From Candidatus Eiseniibacteriota bacterium (lineage in GTDB: Bacteria; Eisenbacteria; RBG-16-71-46; SZUA-252): a DNA stretch of 64,000 nucleotides. Location: the NCBI GenBank assembly GCA_031370645.1, contig JANMQV010000171.1, positions 1-64,000 of the forward strand, read 5' to 3'. Position 1 is the stretch's first letter. The number at the start of each line of letters is the position of its first letter. The translations under genes were made by a program, and so were the position numbers. Of this stretch, positions 38,473 through 50,519 are shown piece by piece. The notes under the pieces are model-generated. The model was not told the origin of the DNA, did no database searches, and saw nothing but the letters and a program-made list of their open reading frames with translations.

Positions 38473-39941
38473 GGCGTCGTCCCATCCTTGGACGATTCCG
38501 CCCCCTCGTGCGCGTCGTGCTCGTCCCCCTCCGGGCCGAGGAGTCGGTAGGGGAGTTCGGTCGAGAAGCGGGCGCCGTCGCTCAACGAGATCGTGGCGGC
38601 GTGCTCGCCTTTCACGAACGACGATCGCGGCAAGACGACGAAGATGCTCGTCGTCCGCGTCTCCCCCGCCGGAACCGAGAGCGGATTCATCGGCGCGATG
38701 ACGGACGCTTCCGGCGCTCCCGCGACCGCGATCCGAAACGCGCGCTCCCGTCCCCCGCGGTTCGCCACCTTGATCCTTATCTGGTTCGCCACCGCGTCGT
38801 CGGCTTGGAGCGTGTACGGGTCGCCGAGGCCGCGGAGAATCGTCACCTCCGCGTCGGAACGGGTTCCGAGGAGCCAAAGGAAGGCGCCCACCGTGATCGC
38901 GAGCGCGATCGGATAAAGAACCGCGCGCGGCCGGAGCCAGGAACTCTTCTTTCCTTCGAACTCGTCGCGCGAACCGTACCGAATCAATCCAAGCGGCTTT
39001 CCGACGCGGAGCATGACCGAATCACAGGCGTCGGCGCACTGGGTGCAGTGAATGCACTCCATCTGGAGCCCTTCGCGGATGTCAATGCCGGTCGGGCAGG
39101 TGAGGACGCAGAGGTTGCACGCCACACAATCCCCCGCGGTCGAAGGACGTTCGAGGATTCCTTTCTGGCGCGGCTCCCCGCGCTTCGCGTCGTAGCCGAC
39201 GATGAGGGAGCGTCGGTCGAGGAGCACGGACTGGAGCCGCCCATACGGGCAGGCGACGAGGCACGTCTGCTCCCGGAACCATGCGAAGTCGGCGAAGATG
39301 AGGAGCGTCGTCGCAAGCATCACGAGGAACGAAGTCGGATGCTCGATCGGCGAGCGCTGCACCCACTGCGCCAGTCGCTCCACGCCGACGAAGTAGGCGA
39401 GAAACGTGTGCGCGAGGAACATGGAGAGGAGAAGATAGATCGCCTGCTTCGCGATCCGACGCGCGTGAATCCCCTTCTGCTTGTCGAGCTTCTTCGCCCC
39501 TCGCCACCCGCCTTCGAGCCAGTACTCGATCGGACGGTACAGGAATTCCAAATAGACCGTCTGCGGGCAGCCCCAACCGCACCAGACCCGCCCGAGGAGC
39601 GCCGTGGCGAGGAAGATGACCAGGATGAGCCCGATGAAGAGAAACATGAAGAGCACGGTCTCCGTCGGCAGGAAGGTGGTGCCGAAGAGCGTGAATTCGC
39701 GCCGCGGGAGGTCGAGGAGGATGAGCGGCTTCCCACTCAGTCGGAGATACGGGATGAGGAAGAAGACGAGCATCAATCCATAGGCGGTGATTCGCCGACG
39801 GAGATGGTAGCGCCCCTTGGAGAATCGCGGCCGGAGGCGCCGGCGGGAGCCGTCCTCGTTCAGCGTGGAGAGGACGCGCCCCGGGGGCGGAGCCATCGGC
39901 AGCCTCGGCGGGGCTGCCGCGCCGGGTTCAGCCGGCATCAC
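38469..39941 (-). CDS. ccoG: Cytochrome c oxidase accessory protein CcoG/FixG
   Basis: GRVWCGWGCPQTV, REQTCLVACPYGR, CVACNLCVLTCPTGIDIR, CIHCTQCADAC. Confidence 0.93.
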   Translation of the reverse strand: MMPAEPGAAAPPRLPMAPPPGRVLSTLNEDGSRRRLRPRFSKGRYHLRRRITAYGLMLVFFLIPYLRLSGKPLILLDLPRREFTLFGTTFLPTETVLFMFLFIGLILVIFLATALLGRVWCGWGCPQTVYLEFLYRPIEYWLEGGWRGAKKLDKQKGIHARRIAKQAIYLLLSMFLAHTFLAYFVGVERLAQWVQRSPIEHPTSFLVMLATTLLIFADFAWFREQTCLVACPYGRLQSVLLDRRSLIVGYDAKRGEPRQKGILERPSTAGDCVACNLCVLTCPTGIDIREGLQMECIHCTQCADACDSVMLRVGKPLGLIRYGSRDEFEGKKSSWLRPRAVLYPIALAITVGAFLWLLGTRSDAEVTILRGLGDPYTLQADDAVANQIRIKVANRGGRERAFRIAVAGAPEASVIAPMNPLSVPAGETRTTSIFVVLPRSSFVKGEHAATISLSDGARFSTELPYRLLGPEGDEHDAHEGAESSKDGTTP

Positions 39942-39945
39942 GATC

Positions 39946-40575
39946 TCACGGCGAGGCCTTGGCGGAATCCGCGGCCGCGGTTGTCGGATCCGAAACGGCG
40001 CGATCGCCCTGTGGCGCTTTCGCGTTCACCGGTTTCGTTCCGCGAAGCGTCGTCACGTAGGCGACGACGGCGGTGATTTCCTCCGGCTTGAACACCTGTC
40101 CCCACGCGGGCATTCCTTTGGTCACGACTCCCTCGCTCACGGTTGTGAGAATTTGCGTCGGCTGGCCGCCGTGGAGCCAGAAATCGTCGGTGAGATTCGG
40201 ACCGATGTTGCCGCCGCCATCCTCACGGTGGCAAGGCGAACAGGTTGCCTTGAATCGCTCCTTCCCCTTCGCCAGCGCCACCGGGTCCGCCGCCACCGCG
40301 AGGATTGCCTCGGAGGTGACGGGGGCGAGCTTCGACGCCGCGGCGTCGCGGGCGCTCTTTGCGGCCGCCATTTCCGCCTCGTAGTTCGCGATCCGTCCCG
40401 CGCCGCTTCCGACGCCGGGAATCACATTGAGCGCATAAACGACCGAGAAGACGATCGTGACGTAGAAGATCGTGATCCACCAGCGCGGCATCGGATTGTC
40501 GTACTCGCGAATGCCGTCCACTTCATGGTCGAGAAGGCGGTCCTCATCCGGCCCGCCGGAGGGCGTTTCAGTCAT
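39946..40575 (-). CDS. ccoP: cbb3-type oxidase subunit III, monohaem form
   Basis: HEVDGIREYDNPMPRWW, one CSPCH, GPNLTDDFWLHGG, GMPAW. Confidence 0.9.
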   Translation of the reverse strand: MTETPSGGPDEDRLLDHEVDGIREYDNPMPRWWITIFYVTIVFSVVYALNVIPGVGSGAGRIANYEAEMAAAKSARDAAASKLAPVTSEAILAVAADPVALAKGKERFKATCSPCHREDGGGNIGPNLTDDFWLHGGQPTQILTTVSEGVVTKGMPAWGQVFKPEEITAVVAYVTTLRGTKPVNAKAPQGDRAVSDPTTAAADSAKASP

Positions 40576-40759
40576 GTCGGCTCTCCTTCGCCGGGCGATC
40601 GCCGTCTTCGAGCGGCAATCGGGCATGGCGGTCCATTTCGGCGCGGCGCGCGGTGAAGACGCGGATCACGATCGCCACGAAGACGACGAGAAACAAGATG
40701 AGCGCGATCTCGGCGTACCTCGAGAGCCCCGAGTGCGCGACGATGTCGGAGAGTCTCAC
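40568..40759 (-). CDS. ccoQ: cbb3-type oxidase subunit IV
   Basis: One TM helix followed by EMDRHARLPLED, between ccoO and ccoP. Confidence 0.8.
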   Translation of the reverse strand: MRLSDIVAHSGLSRYAEIALILFLVVFVAIVIRVFTARRAEMDRHARLPLEDGDRPAKESRHD

Positions 40760-40760
40760 G

Positions 40761-42980
40761 TTACGGTGCCCCCTCCACCGGGGCGTCCCCGAGCGTCAGC
40801 GTCGGCCGCTTGATGTCGGTGCCGAGGCGCTGGAGGTAGGCGACGAGTGCCGTGATCTCCTTGTCCTCCAGCCCTCGCGGCCCGCCCTGCTCCATGATCG
40901 TAGCGGCCACGGCGGTGGCCTGCTCACGCGCGAGTTCCGGGGCATGATTCACGGCATCGCCGTACGGAACACCGAGCATCGCCATCGCATCGACGCGCCC
41001 CTGGATCGATGCGAAATCGAGTCGCTCCCGCGCTAGATGCGGATAGGGCGGCATGATCGACCGCGCGGTGATCGAGCGCGGGTCTTCCAGATGCCGCACG
41101 TGCCAGAGGTCGCTGTATTTCCCTCCCTCGCGCGCGAGATCGGGACCGATGCGCCGCGATCCCCAGAGGAAGGGGTGGTCGTAGACGAATTCGCCGGGCT
41201 TCGAATACTCCCCGAAGCGCTCCGTCTCGTGGCGGAGCGGGCGAACCATCTGGGAGTGGCAGTTGAAGCACCCCTCCCGGATGTAAAGGTCGCGTCCCGC
41301 CAGCTCGAGCGGCGTGTAGGGTTTCACCGAGGCGATCGTCGGGATGTTCGATCGGATCAGAAATGTCGGAAGGATCTCGAAGAGAGACGCGACGACGACC
41401 GTGAGGACGGTCAGCACCGTGAAGGTGACGGGGAGCCCCTCCCATTTCCGGTGCCAGCGAACGGAGGTGAAATAGGCCCAGAGGTCGCCCGGCTGCCCCG
41501 GCGCGGCGGACGTCGCGACCGGGGCGGTCGTAACCGGGCCGCGCTGCACGAGCGGCGGAGCCTGGATGACCGGGTCCTCGTACGTCCTCGGGCGCGCCAT
41601 CCAGGTGCGGAGGATGTTGTAGCCGAGGAGGAGCATTCCCACGATGTAGAGCGAACCGCCGAGGGCGCGGACCCAGTACATCGGCAGAAGCTTCACGGTG
41701 GTCTCGATGAAATCGGGGAACTGGAGACGGCCCGTGTCGTCGAAGGCGCGCCACATGAGCCCCTGCGTGAGCCCCGCGCTGTAGATGGCGGCCACGTAGA
41801 GGAGCATGCCGAAGGTCGCGAACCAGAAGTGCGCCTCCGCCAATTTCGTGCTGAAGAGTTTCGTCTGGAAGACGCGCGGCAGGAGCCAGTAGATCATCCC
41901 GAACGTGAGAAACCCGTTCCAGCCGAGCGTGCCCGTGTGGACGTGCGCGATGATCCAGTCGCTATAGTGCGCCAGCGCGTTCACGCTCTTCACCGAGAGC
42001 ATCGGCCCTTCGAAGGTCGACATCCCGTACGCCGTCACCGCGACGACGAAGAACTTGAGGACCGGATCCTCCACGACCTTGTGCCAGGCGCCGCGCAGCG
42101 TCAAAAGACCGTTCACCATGCCGCCCCACGAAGGCATCCAGAGCATCACCGAGAAGAGCATCCCGAGTGTGGAAGCCCACTCGGGAAGCGCCGTGTAGTG
42201 AAGGTGATGCGGTCCCGCCCAGATGTACATGAAGACAAGCGTCCAGAAATGGAGGATGGAGAGCCGGTAGGAGAAGACCGGGCGGTCCGCGGCTTTCGGC
42301 AGGAAGTAGTACATGAGGCCCAGGAACGGCGTCGTGAGGAAGAAGGCGACGGCGTTGTGGCCGTACCACCACTGCATCAGGGCGTCCTGCACGCCGGCGT
42401 AGATCGAGTAGCTCTTGAGCGGGCCAACCGGGATCGAGAGGTTGTTGAAGATGTGGAGCATCGCGACCGTCACGATGCTCGCGATGTAGAACCAAACCGC
42501 GACGTAGAGGTGGCGCTCCCGGCGGCGCGCGATCGTTCCGAAAAAATTCACGGCGAAGACGACCCAGACGATGGCGATCGCGATGTCGATCGGCCACTCG
42601 AGCTCCGCGTACTCTTTCGCCTGCGTGAAACCGAGCGGGAGGGTGACGGCCGCGCTAACGATGATCAGCTGCCAACCCCAGAAGTGGATGCTGCTCAGGA
42701 GATCGCTGAACATCCGCGCTTTCAACAGTCGCTGCGTGGAGTAATACGCCCCGCAGAAGAAGGCGTTTCCCGCGAAGGCGAAGATGACGGCGTTCGTATG
42801 GAGCGGCCGGAGACGCCCAAAACTGAGCCACGGCTGGCCGAGATTGAAGACAGGATCCGCGAGCTGGAGGGCGATGAGCAGCCCCACCAACATCCCCACC
42901 AGCCCCCACGCGAATGTGGCGATCAAAAACTTTCGCACGATCGCGTCGTCGTATCGGAACGACTCGAGCTGCTCGTTCAT
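40761..42980 (-). CDS. ccoN: cbb3-type oxidase fused subunit I/II (CcoN-CcoO)
   Basis: FGRLRPLHTN, WWYGHNAVAF, WAGPHHLHY, AHVH, then YIREGCFNCHSQMVRP and WGSRRIGPDL in one frame. Confidence 0.95.
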   Translation of the reverse strand: MNEQLESFRYDDAIVRKFLIATFAWGLVGMLVGLLIALQLADPVFNLGQPWLSFGRLRPLHTNAVIFAFAGNAFFCGAYYSTQRLLKARMFSDLLSSIHFWGWQLIIVSAAVTLPLGFTQAKEYAELEWPIDIAIAIVWVVFAVNFFGTIARRRERHLYVAVWFYIASIVTVAMLHIFNNLSIPVGPLKSYSIYAGVQDALMQWWYGHNAVAFFLTTPFLGLMYYFLPKAADRPVFSYRLSILHFWTLVFMYIWAGPHHLHYTALPEWASTLGMLFSVMLWMPSWGGMVNGLLTLRGAWHKVVEDPVLKFFVVAVTAYGMSTFEGPMLSVKSVNALAHYSDWIIAHVHTGTLGWNGFLTFGMIYWLLPRVFQTKLFSTKLAEAHFWFATFGMLLYVAAIYSAGLTQGLMWRAFDDTGRLQFPDFIETTVKLLPMYWVRALGGSLYIVGMLLLGYNILRTWMARPRTYEDPVIQAPPLVQRGPVTTAPVATSAAPGQPGDLWAYFTSVRWHRKWEGLPVTFTVLTVLTVVVASLFEILPTFLIRSNIPTIASVKPYTPLELAGRDLYIREGCFNCHSQMVRPLRHETERFGEYSKPGEFVYDHPFLWGSRRIGPDLAREGGKYSDLWHVRHLEDPRSITARSIMPPYPHLARERLDFASIQGRVDAMAMLGVPYGDAVNHAPELAREQATAVAATIMEQGGPRGLEDKEITALVAYLQRLGTDIKRPTLTLGDAPVEGAP

Positions 42981-43153
42981 TCGTGGCTCCGGGTCGATGA
43001 GTGCCGTTCGGCCGGTCCTGACCGGCCGCGTGAGCGGGCGATGGGCTCGCTTACCCGAACGGGCAAACGACACCAAGCCTGCAACTTCTAGCACTCGCCT
43101 CGCGCGACGGCAAGCCCGGAACCGCTTCTGGTACTAGGGAATGTGCGGGACTG

Positions 43154-44461
43154 CTACTGGGCCGCCGGAAGCGGAAGGCGGAGGATGACGGGAGCGATCG
43201 CGCCCTCCGGCGTTTCCAGCTGCTCCGCTCCGTTAACCCGATCCCAGCCGCTGTTCCCAATGAAATAGAAGGATTCGCCCACGACGACGCCGTGGTTTGG
43301 CTCTCCGAGGGAGGGAGAGTCTTGCTCCAGCACGCTCCACCCGGTGATGCTGCGGCCGGCTGGGTCGAGCGTGAGCGAAAGGACGCGAATGGGACGTGTG
43401 CCATTCTGAATGGCGATGAGACCTTCGCCGGCCGCGTAGAGGCCGTCGATGCCGGAAGCTCCGAGCGTGCGCGGCTTGGGCACGGTCGCGATCGTTCGAG
43501 TTCGAAGGTCGTAGGAAACGATCCCGCGCGGATAGTCGGCGAGCCAGAGAACGCGGCCCTTCTCCATCAGCACCGGCAGCTGCGGAGATCCGAACGTACC
43601 CGATGGAGCGAGCGTCTCGAGGGTCGTCGCTCCGCGGCGGAGACGATAGAGACCGCCTCCCCGCGAATCCGTGGCGTAAAGGGAGCCGTTGGGCGCGAGC
43701 GTGATGTCGCCCAGCACGTGGGGCGCCCCGTCGCGCGCGAGTTCCACACGAGCGAGTTCCTTCCCGGTGCGGAGGTCCCAGCAGACGAGCGCCGTGCGGC
43801 CGGAATCGGCCTCGGCATACCCCTCCATCGTGGGAATCGCCGCCATGCTCCCCCAGAGCACCCGGTGCGCGGCATCGAGCGCGAGCGCATGAACCCCCCA
43901 GATCCCACCCTGCGCGGCGGGGACGAAGTCGCGAACGACGCCCGAAGCATCTACCGTGACGACTTTCCGCCGATGAATGCTGCTGACATAGTAGGTACGG
44001 GCCGTCGCGTCGTAGGCAATGTCTTCGGCTAGGAGGCCGGCGTCGTCGAGGCCCGCCGCCATTGTCGCGGTCGCGCGCGGATCGGCGTTCGCAATAAGTC
44101 TCGCCGCTACGGTGCTGAGGCGCGGGTCCGCTTGAAGGCTCGCGAAGGTTGTGTCGCGCGCGACCGACCGCGCGAGGCCCATCGCCGCGTACTCCTCGAG
44201 CCGGCGAATCGCTTCCTCCGCGTTTCCCTGCCGTGCGGCGATCTGCGCGAGACTCCAGATCGCGGAGGGCAAGCCGGCGGCAGTGCTGTCCGCCGTGTCG
44301 AATCCCGCCTTCGCCGCCGCGAGATCTCCTCCCGCGAGGGCGGCGCGCGCCGCGCGGAGGCGGTCGTAGAAGGGATCCGCCCCCGCCGGCCGGGCCGATC
44401 CGGGCATCAGGAAGAGCAGCACGAACGCCGCAGGGAGCAACACCCGGATTCGATCCCTCAC
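43154..44461 (-). CDS. Secreted protein, TPR-like N-terminus plus SMP-30/gluconolactonase-like beta-propeller
   Basis: Signal peptide; AEDIAYD, GIDGLY, AIQNG blades; GTG start overlaps the MFS stop. Confidence 0.7.
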   Translation of the reverse strand: MRDRIRVLLPAAFVLLFLMPGSARPAGADPFYDRLRAARAALAGGDLAAAKAGFDTADSTAAGLPSAIWSLAQIAARQGNAEEAIRRLEEYAAMGLARSVARDTTFASLQADPRLSTVAARLIANADPRATATMAAGLDDAGLLAEDIAYDATARTYYVSSIHRRKVVTVDASGVVRDFVPAAQGGIWGVHALALDAAHRVLWGSMAAIPTMEGYAEADSGRTALVCWDLRTGKELARVELARDGAPHVLGDITLAPNGSLYATDSRGGGLYRLRRGATTLETLAPSGTFGSPQLPVLMEKGRVLWLADYPRGIVSYDLRTRTIATVPKPRTLGASGIDGLYAAGEGLIAIQNGTRPIRVLSLTLDPAGRSITGWSVLEQDSPSLGEPNHGVVVGESFYFIGNSGWDRVNGAEQLETPEGAIAPVILRLPLPAAQ

Positions 44462-45810
44462 GGCCCCACCCGCTCCGGAATCGCGGCGCCTGGATCCGGC
44501 GCTTCCGCGTGTCGAAGCGCCCCCATGAATGGGAGGATCAGAAGGCAGACCAGTCCGAACACACCGTCGAGAACCAGCGTCACGGGATACCCCCATCGCG
44601 CCGTGGCGTGTCCTTGCCATGTCGAGCTGTAGGAATAGACCACGTTTGTGAGCGCCATGTAGGCCGTGAACTGCGAGGCGGCCACCCGCGGCGTCGTCAC
44701 GTCCATGAAGATGGCGGTGCCGACTCCGTACATCAAGCCCTGGAAGACGGAATAGGCGATCGTCAGGCCCCAGAAGAGGGCGACCAGTTCGTGACCCGCG
44801 AGGGGGCGATTCGGAAGCGCGGGGTTGACCGGCATGATCCATCCGAATCGCTGAAGTTGTGTCGCCAGGATAAAGACCGGCACGGTCGTCCCGGCGATGA
44901 AGATGGCGAGCGTCCTTCGCCGGCCGTAGCGATCCGACAACCACCCTCCCAAGATGCAGAACAACGCCGCGAGCGCCGTGCTCACGAAGCCGAGCGTCCC
45001 GATCTGACGGTCGGTCAGCCCTAGTTCCACCGCCAGGTTGGATTGGAGGGAGAGCGAAAGGGTGTAGGCGCCCATGGGGAGTAGCGCCAGGAGGATCGCG
45101 AGGGAGGCGGCGCGTGTGCCCCGAAACGCCGCGACGGTTCCCTTCGCAAAGTCCTTCAATTCCGCCGCGATCGCCTGGAACCAGGCTCCCTGGGCGCGAA
45201 CCCGCTCTGCCCTCGCCGGCTCGGTCATGCCGAGCGGGACGAGGATCGTCACGGCGATGATGGCCCCCGCTACCAGGAGGAACGAGGGGCGAAATCCGAT
45301 CGCCGAGGTGAGGAGCAGCACGCCCGATCCTCCGAGCGCGATTCCGAGGAATTGCCCGGCGAACATGAGCCCGTTCGCGAGACCCCGTTCCCCGCCTTGG
45401 AGCACATCGACGGCGAGCGCGTCGATCGCGACGTCCTGCGTCGCGGCGAACACGTTGTGGATGACGATGAGCGCCGTGAAGAGCGGGAGGTGCGTCTTGA
45501 AGTCGATTCCCATCGCGACGAGGAGCGTGACCGCCATCATCGTCTGCGTGGCGACGATCCAGAGTCTCCGCCTCCCCCAGCGATCGATCGAAAGGACATC
45601 GACGAACGGACCGAACGCCCACTTGATCGCCCACGGCAGGTAGAGCGCGCCGACGAACGCACCGATGACCCCGGGATCGAGGCCCTGACGGCGCATCTGG
45701 GTCGCCACGGCGGTGCCGGAAAAGCCTGAGGGAATTCCTTCGGTGAGGTAGAGGAGGAAGAAGGCCGCCAACCGCCCTCGCCGCGAGGCGAGCAGGTTGG
45801 GAAATCGCAC
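44458..45810 (-). CDS. MFS transporter, AmpG-like
   Basis: LYLTEGIP, LPWAIKWAFGPFVD, GRRRLW, AATQDVAIDALA, SQFTAYMAL. Confidence 0.85.
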   Translation of the reverse strand: MRFPNLLASRRGRLAAFFLLYLTEGIPSGFSGTAVATQMRRQGLDPGVIGAFVGALYLPWAIKWAFGPFVDVLSIDRWGRRRLWIVATQTMMAVTLLVAMGIDFKTHLPLFTALIVIHNVFAATQDVAIDALAVDVLQGGERGLANGLMFAGQFLGIALGGSGVLLLTSAIGFRPSFLLVAGAIIAVTILVPLGMTEPARAERVRAQGAWFQAIAAELKDFAKGTVAAFRGTRAASLAILLALLPMGAYTLSLSLQSNLAVELGLTDRQIGTLGFVSTALAALFCILGGWLSDRYGRRRTLAIFIAGTTVPVFILATQLQRFGWIMPVNPALPNRPLAGHELVALFWGLTIAYSVFQGLMYGVGTAIFMDVTTPRVAASQFTAYMALTNVVYSYSSTWQGHATARWGYPVTLVLDGVFGLVCLLILPFMGALRHAEAPDPGAAIPERVGP

Positions 45811-48791
45811 TACGAAGCCTTCCCCGGCTTGTAGATGAGCCCTTGTGTCTTCCGTCCGTTCATCTTCACCACCACGGGCTCCTCGAAGCGGAGGTGGCGA
45901 ACGAAGTCCTGCTCGCTCACGGCTTTCTCGGCGGCGAGCCAATCCCACGCGATCAAGCCCTCGCCGACGTCGGCATTCACCGTGAAGTAGCCGATCTGAA
46001 ACGAGGTGAGATTCTGGAAGAAGTGGCTTCCTTGCGACGGCATCACTCTGAAATCGCGGAATCCCGATTCCACGATCACGCGCGCCCCGGAGATTTGATC
46101 CCACGTCACGGGAATTCCGAGCCAGGGATCGGTGGAGCCCCAGCGGCCGACGCCGATCAGGAGGTAGGGACGTTTCGCTTCCAGAAGTTCCGCGTTGTAG
46201 CGAGCGATCACGGCGGCGGCGGCGCGGCTCCGGGAGCGGTCGAAGCGGTGGAAATCGACGACGACGACGTCGCGGATTGTGTCGACGGTACCATTCCCCA
46301 TGACCGACTCGCTCCGGCAGAGAAGCGCCTCGGTCGGCGCCTCACCGAGATCGAGATTCTCGGTCTCGCGCTGAAGCACCAGCGGCCGCATTTGAAGGAA
46401 GCCGAATTCGTGAGGCTTCCGGGGATCGTTCGACAGACAGGTCGCGAATTCGATCTCCGCGGGGCGGTTCATCCCCTGGCTACCGACCTCGAGGAGCACC
46501 GCGAGGATTTCGGCCAGTGGGAATACCCCATGCTTGAGGATGGGCGCGAACGTGACCAGGCGCACACCCGAACGCGAGAGTCCGTCGTAGATCGCCTGGT
46601 TCTCCGCGGAATAGGTCGAGCCGAGCGCCGAGAGCGTTCCGTCCTTCTCCGCCACGTCGAGGCCGAATGCCGTTTCCCGCATCGCCTTTTCGGAGTCGGT
46701 ATCGGTCTCCTCGCCGAGTTCCACCGCCCAGAATTCCCGCTGTGTGTTCGAGAGCGTCTCCTTCACCGACGAGAAGGTGACGATCGACTGCGGATGCCTC
46801 GGGCTGAAACTGAGGCAACGCTCGCCGGTCACCACGCTTCGGCCCATGCCGAGCGCCACCGCGGCCACGCCGTCCTCCGAGGTCGCGGGCGGCGTCGGGT
46901 AGTAGTTGTATGAGCGCGCGACGCCGGAGAAATCGGGATAGAAGCGGTTCTCGTGGTGATTTCCCACCACCTTCTGGATCGCGACCGCCATCTTCTCCTC
47001 CTCCAGCCGGTAGGGCGTGGCGTGGAGGTAGTCTTTCGCCTGGCGCAGAAAGGTCGAAGCGTAGACGCGACGGATGGCCATGAGGAGGTGGCGGAGGCGA
47101 ACCCGAGCGTCGGGGTGATTGTTCGGCAGCATGTACGTCTCGTAGACGCCCGTGAAGGGCTGATACTGCGAATCCTCGAGGAGGCTCGAGCTTCGAACGG
47201 CCAGCGGCCAGCGGACCTGCTCCACGAACGCGCGGAGCTTCCTCACGACGTCGCGCGGGAGCGGCGTACTCAGAAACTCCTTCGTGATTTGCTCGTCGTC
47301 GCGGCTGTTCAGCGCCAGTTCGCGAAGACCGTTCTGCGCCAGGTAGCGGTCGAAACAGTCCGTCGCCAGGACCAGCGTCGGCGGAACGGAGATGTGAACC
47401 CCCGGCCAGAGCTTCCCGACGACGTGGTAATTGAGAAGATAGCGGACGAACGCGAGCCCGCGCGCTTTCCCTCCCAGCGAACCGCCGCCGATGCGGGCGA
47501 AATAGTTGCCGTTCGGATCGAAGACCTTCGGATCGAAATCGGCGACCAGCGTGTCGGTCTGCTCGCGGCGATATTCCGCGATCGAACGGATCAGGTCGAA
47601 CCGAAGGCCATCCACCGAGTCGAAGTCGGAGACCTTCCGCGGACGCATCTTACGCGCGAGCGCGAACTCCGTGCGCGCCGTGAACCAGTTCGAGAAGTGA
47701 TTCCGCTCCCCGTGGTAGGCGATCGACTCCGAGGGGACGGTTCGGAGCTTCTCCTCGAGGCTCTTCAGATCCTTCGCGCGGTCGACCTCGGTCCCGTCGG
47801 CGAGGCGGAAGATGAATTCACCGAATGAGAAATGCTCGACCATGAAGGCGCGGAGGTCGGAGAGGAGGGTTTCGGAGTACTTCCGAACGAACGCCACCCC
47901 CGCCTTCGCCGCCCCCTCCGCGAATTCCGCTCGGCTCGACTGGAGGACGATCGGGAGATCGGGAATCCGCTCCCTGGCCATCCGCGCCAGTTCGAATCCC
48001 GCCTCGCGGCTCCGCACCTTGTCGCGCGGGAACTCCACGTCGGAGATGATTCCAAGCAGATAGGGCTCGTAGGCGCGGAAGAGGCGCCACGCCTCCTCGA
48101 AGTTCGTCGCGAGGAGAAGCTTGGGCCGCGCCCGGGTCCGAACCAGCTTGTGCGCGGGATTGATCCCCTCGCTCAGGAGGCTCTGCGACTGGCGGATGAT
48201 CTCCGTGTAGATCTCCGGCAGAAACGCGGAGTAGTAGCGGACGTTGTCCTCGACGACGAGCACGACGCGCACGCCCATCGCGAGCGTGTCGTGCTCGACA
48301 TTACGAAGATCTTCGACGTATTTCACGATCGCCACGAGGACGCGGGCGTTTCCCTGCCAGAGGAAGAGGCCGTCGAGCTCCGAGAGATCGTGGTGGGCTT
48401 CGAAGTCCTTCCGCTCGTCGTTGTCGTAGGCCATCGCCACGACCGGGATATCGAGACCGGCCAACTTCACTTCGCGAGCCAGCTCCGTCGCGTCCATGTC
48501 CGCGGCGCGGATCGTCGTGATGATGAGATTGAAACGGCGCTCGGTCTTCGCCAGCGCCAGCGCTTCGGCACCGCTCGAAACGTGGACCAGCGCCGGCATG
48601 TGGGGGAGCGACAGCTCCAGGAACTCGCCCGCGATCAACTCGTTTAGCCGCCCGTCCTCCTGCAGCGTGAACGAGTCGTAAAGACTCGAGACCAAGAGGA
48701 CGTCCTGGACCCGGAACGGCATGAGGTCCTGGAACGACTGGAACGGATTGCTGACGTCGGCGAGGGAGGTGGGGTCGTGGGTCGTGCTCAC
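45810..48791 (-). CDS. Receiver-like domains fused to a PPDK_N (PEP synthase nucleotide-binding) domain
   Basis: VLLVSSLYDSF and VVLVVEDNVRYYS receiver-like blocks; IGGGSLGGKARGLAF, LAVRSSSLLEDS, EEEKMAV; no PEP-binding barrel. Confidence 0.85.
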   Translation of the reverse strand: MSTTHDPTSLADVSNPFQSFQDLMPFRVQDVLLVSSLYDSFTLQEDGRLNELIAGEFLELSLPHMPALVHVSSGAEALALAKTERRFNLIITTIRAADMDATELAREVKLAGLDIPVVAMAYDNDERKDFEAHHDLSELDGLFLWQGNARVLVAIVKYVEDLRNVEHDTLAMGVRVVLVVEDNVRYYSAFLPEIYTEIIRQSQSLLSEGINPAHKLVRTRARPKLLLATNFEEAWRLFRAYEPYLLGIISDVEFPRDKVRSREAGFELARMARERIPDLPIVLQSSRAEFAEGAAKAGVAFVRKYSETLLSDLRAFMVEHFSFGEFIFRLADGTEVDRAKDLKSLEEKLRTVPSESIAYHGERNHFSNWFTARTEFALARKMRPRKVSDFDSVDGLRFDLIRSIAEYRREQTDTLVADFDPKVFDPNGNYFARIGGGSLGGKARGLAFVRYLLNYHVVGKLWPGVHISVPPTLVLATDCFDRYLAQNGLRELALNSRDDEQITKEFLSTPLPRDVVRKLRAFVEQVRWPLAVRSSSLLEDSQYQPFTGVYETYMLPNNHPDARVRLRHLLMAIRRVYASTFLRQAKDYLHATPYRLEEEKMAVAIQKVVGNHHENRFYPDFSGVARSYNYYPTPPATSEDGVAAVALGMGRSVVTGERCLSFSPRHPQSIVTFSSVKETLSNTQREFWAVELGEETDTDSEKAMRETAFGLDVAEKDGTLSALGSTYSAENQAIYDGLSRSGVRLVTFAPILKHGVFPLAEILAVLLEVGSQGMNRPAEIEFATCLSNDPRKPHEFGFLQMRPLVLQRETENLDLGEAPTEALLCRSESVMGNGTVDTIRDVVVVDFHRFDRSRSRAAAAVIARYNAELLEAKRPYLLIGVGRWGSTDPWLGIPVTWDQISGARVIVESGFRDFRVMPSQGSHFFQNLTSFQIGYFTVNADVGEGLIAWDWLAAEKAVSEQDFVRHLRFEEPVVVKMNGRKTQGLIYKPGKAS

Positions 48792-48833
48792 GGTGGACCC
48801 ATGGTGCCACGGTAAGGGGCAAGGCGCCAACGA

Positions 48834-48863
48834 AGACGGCGGACCCCGGAGGGCCCGCCGTCT
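48834..48863 (-). terminator. Stem-loop downstream of gdhA
   Basis: AGACGGCGG...CCGCCGTCT stem followed by a weak U-tract on the minus strand. Confidence 0.5.
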
Positions 48864-48885
48864 CGACTCGGGATGACGACTTCGC

Positions 48886-50478
<1,593 letters not shown>

Positions 50479-50519
50479 TTACGCATGGATCGTGCACAGC
50501 CGCCGGGAATTCGCGTCTC

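Noticed and set aside
42981-43153. FNR box upstream of ccoN
   Set aside because: No TTGAT-N4-ATCAA match on either strand.
45810-48791. PEP synthase (ppsA)
   Set aside because: Lacks the C-terminal PEP-binding barrel and the canonical TCHAAI phosphohistidine motif.
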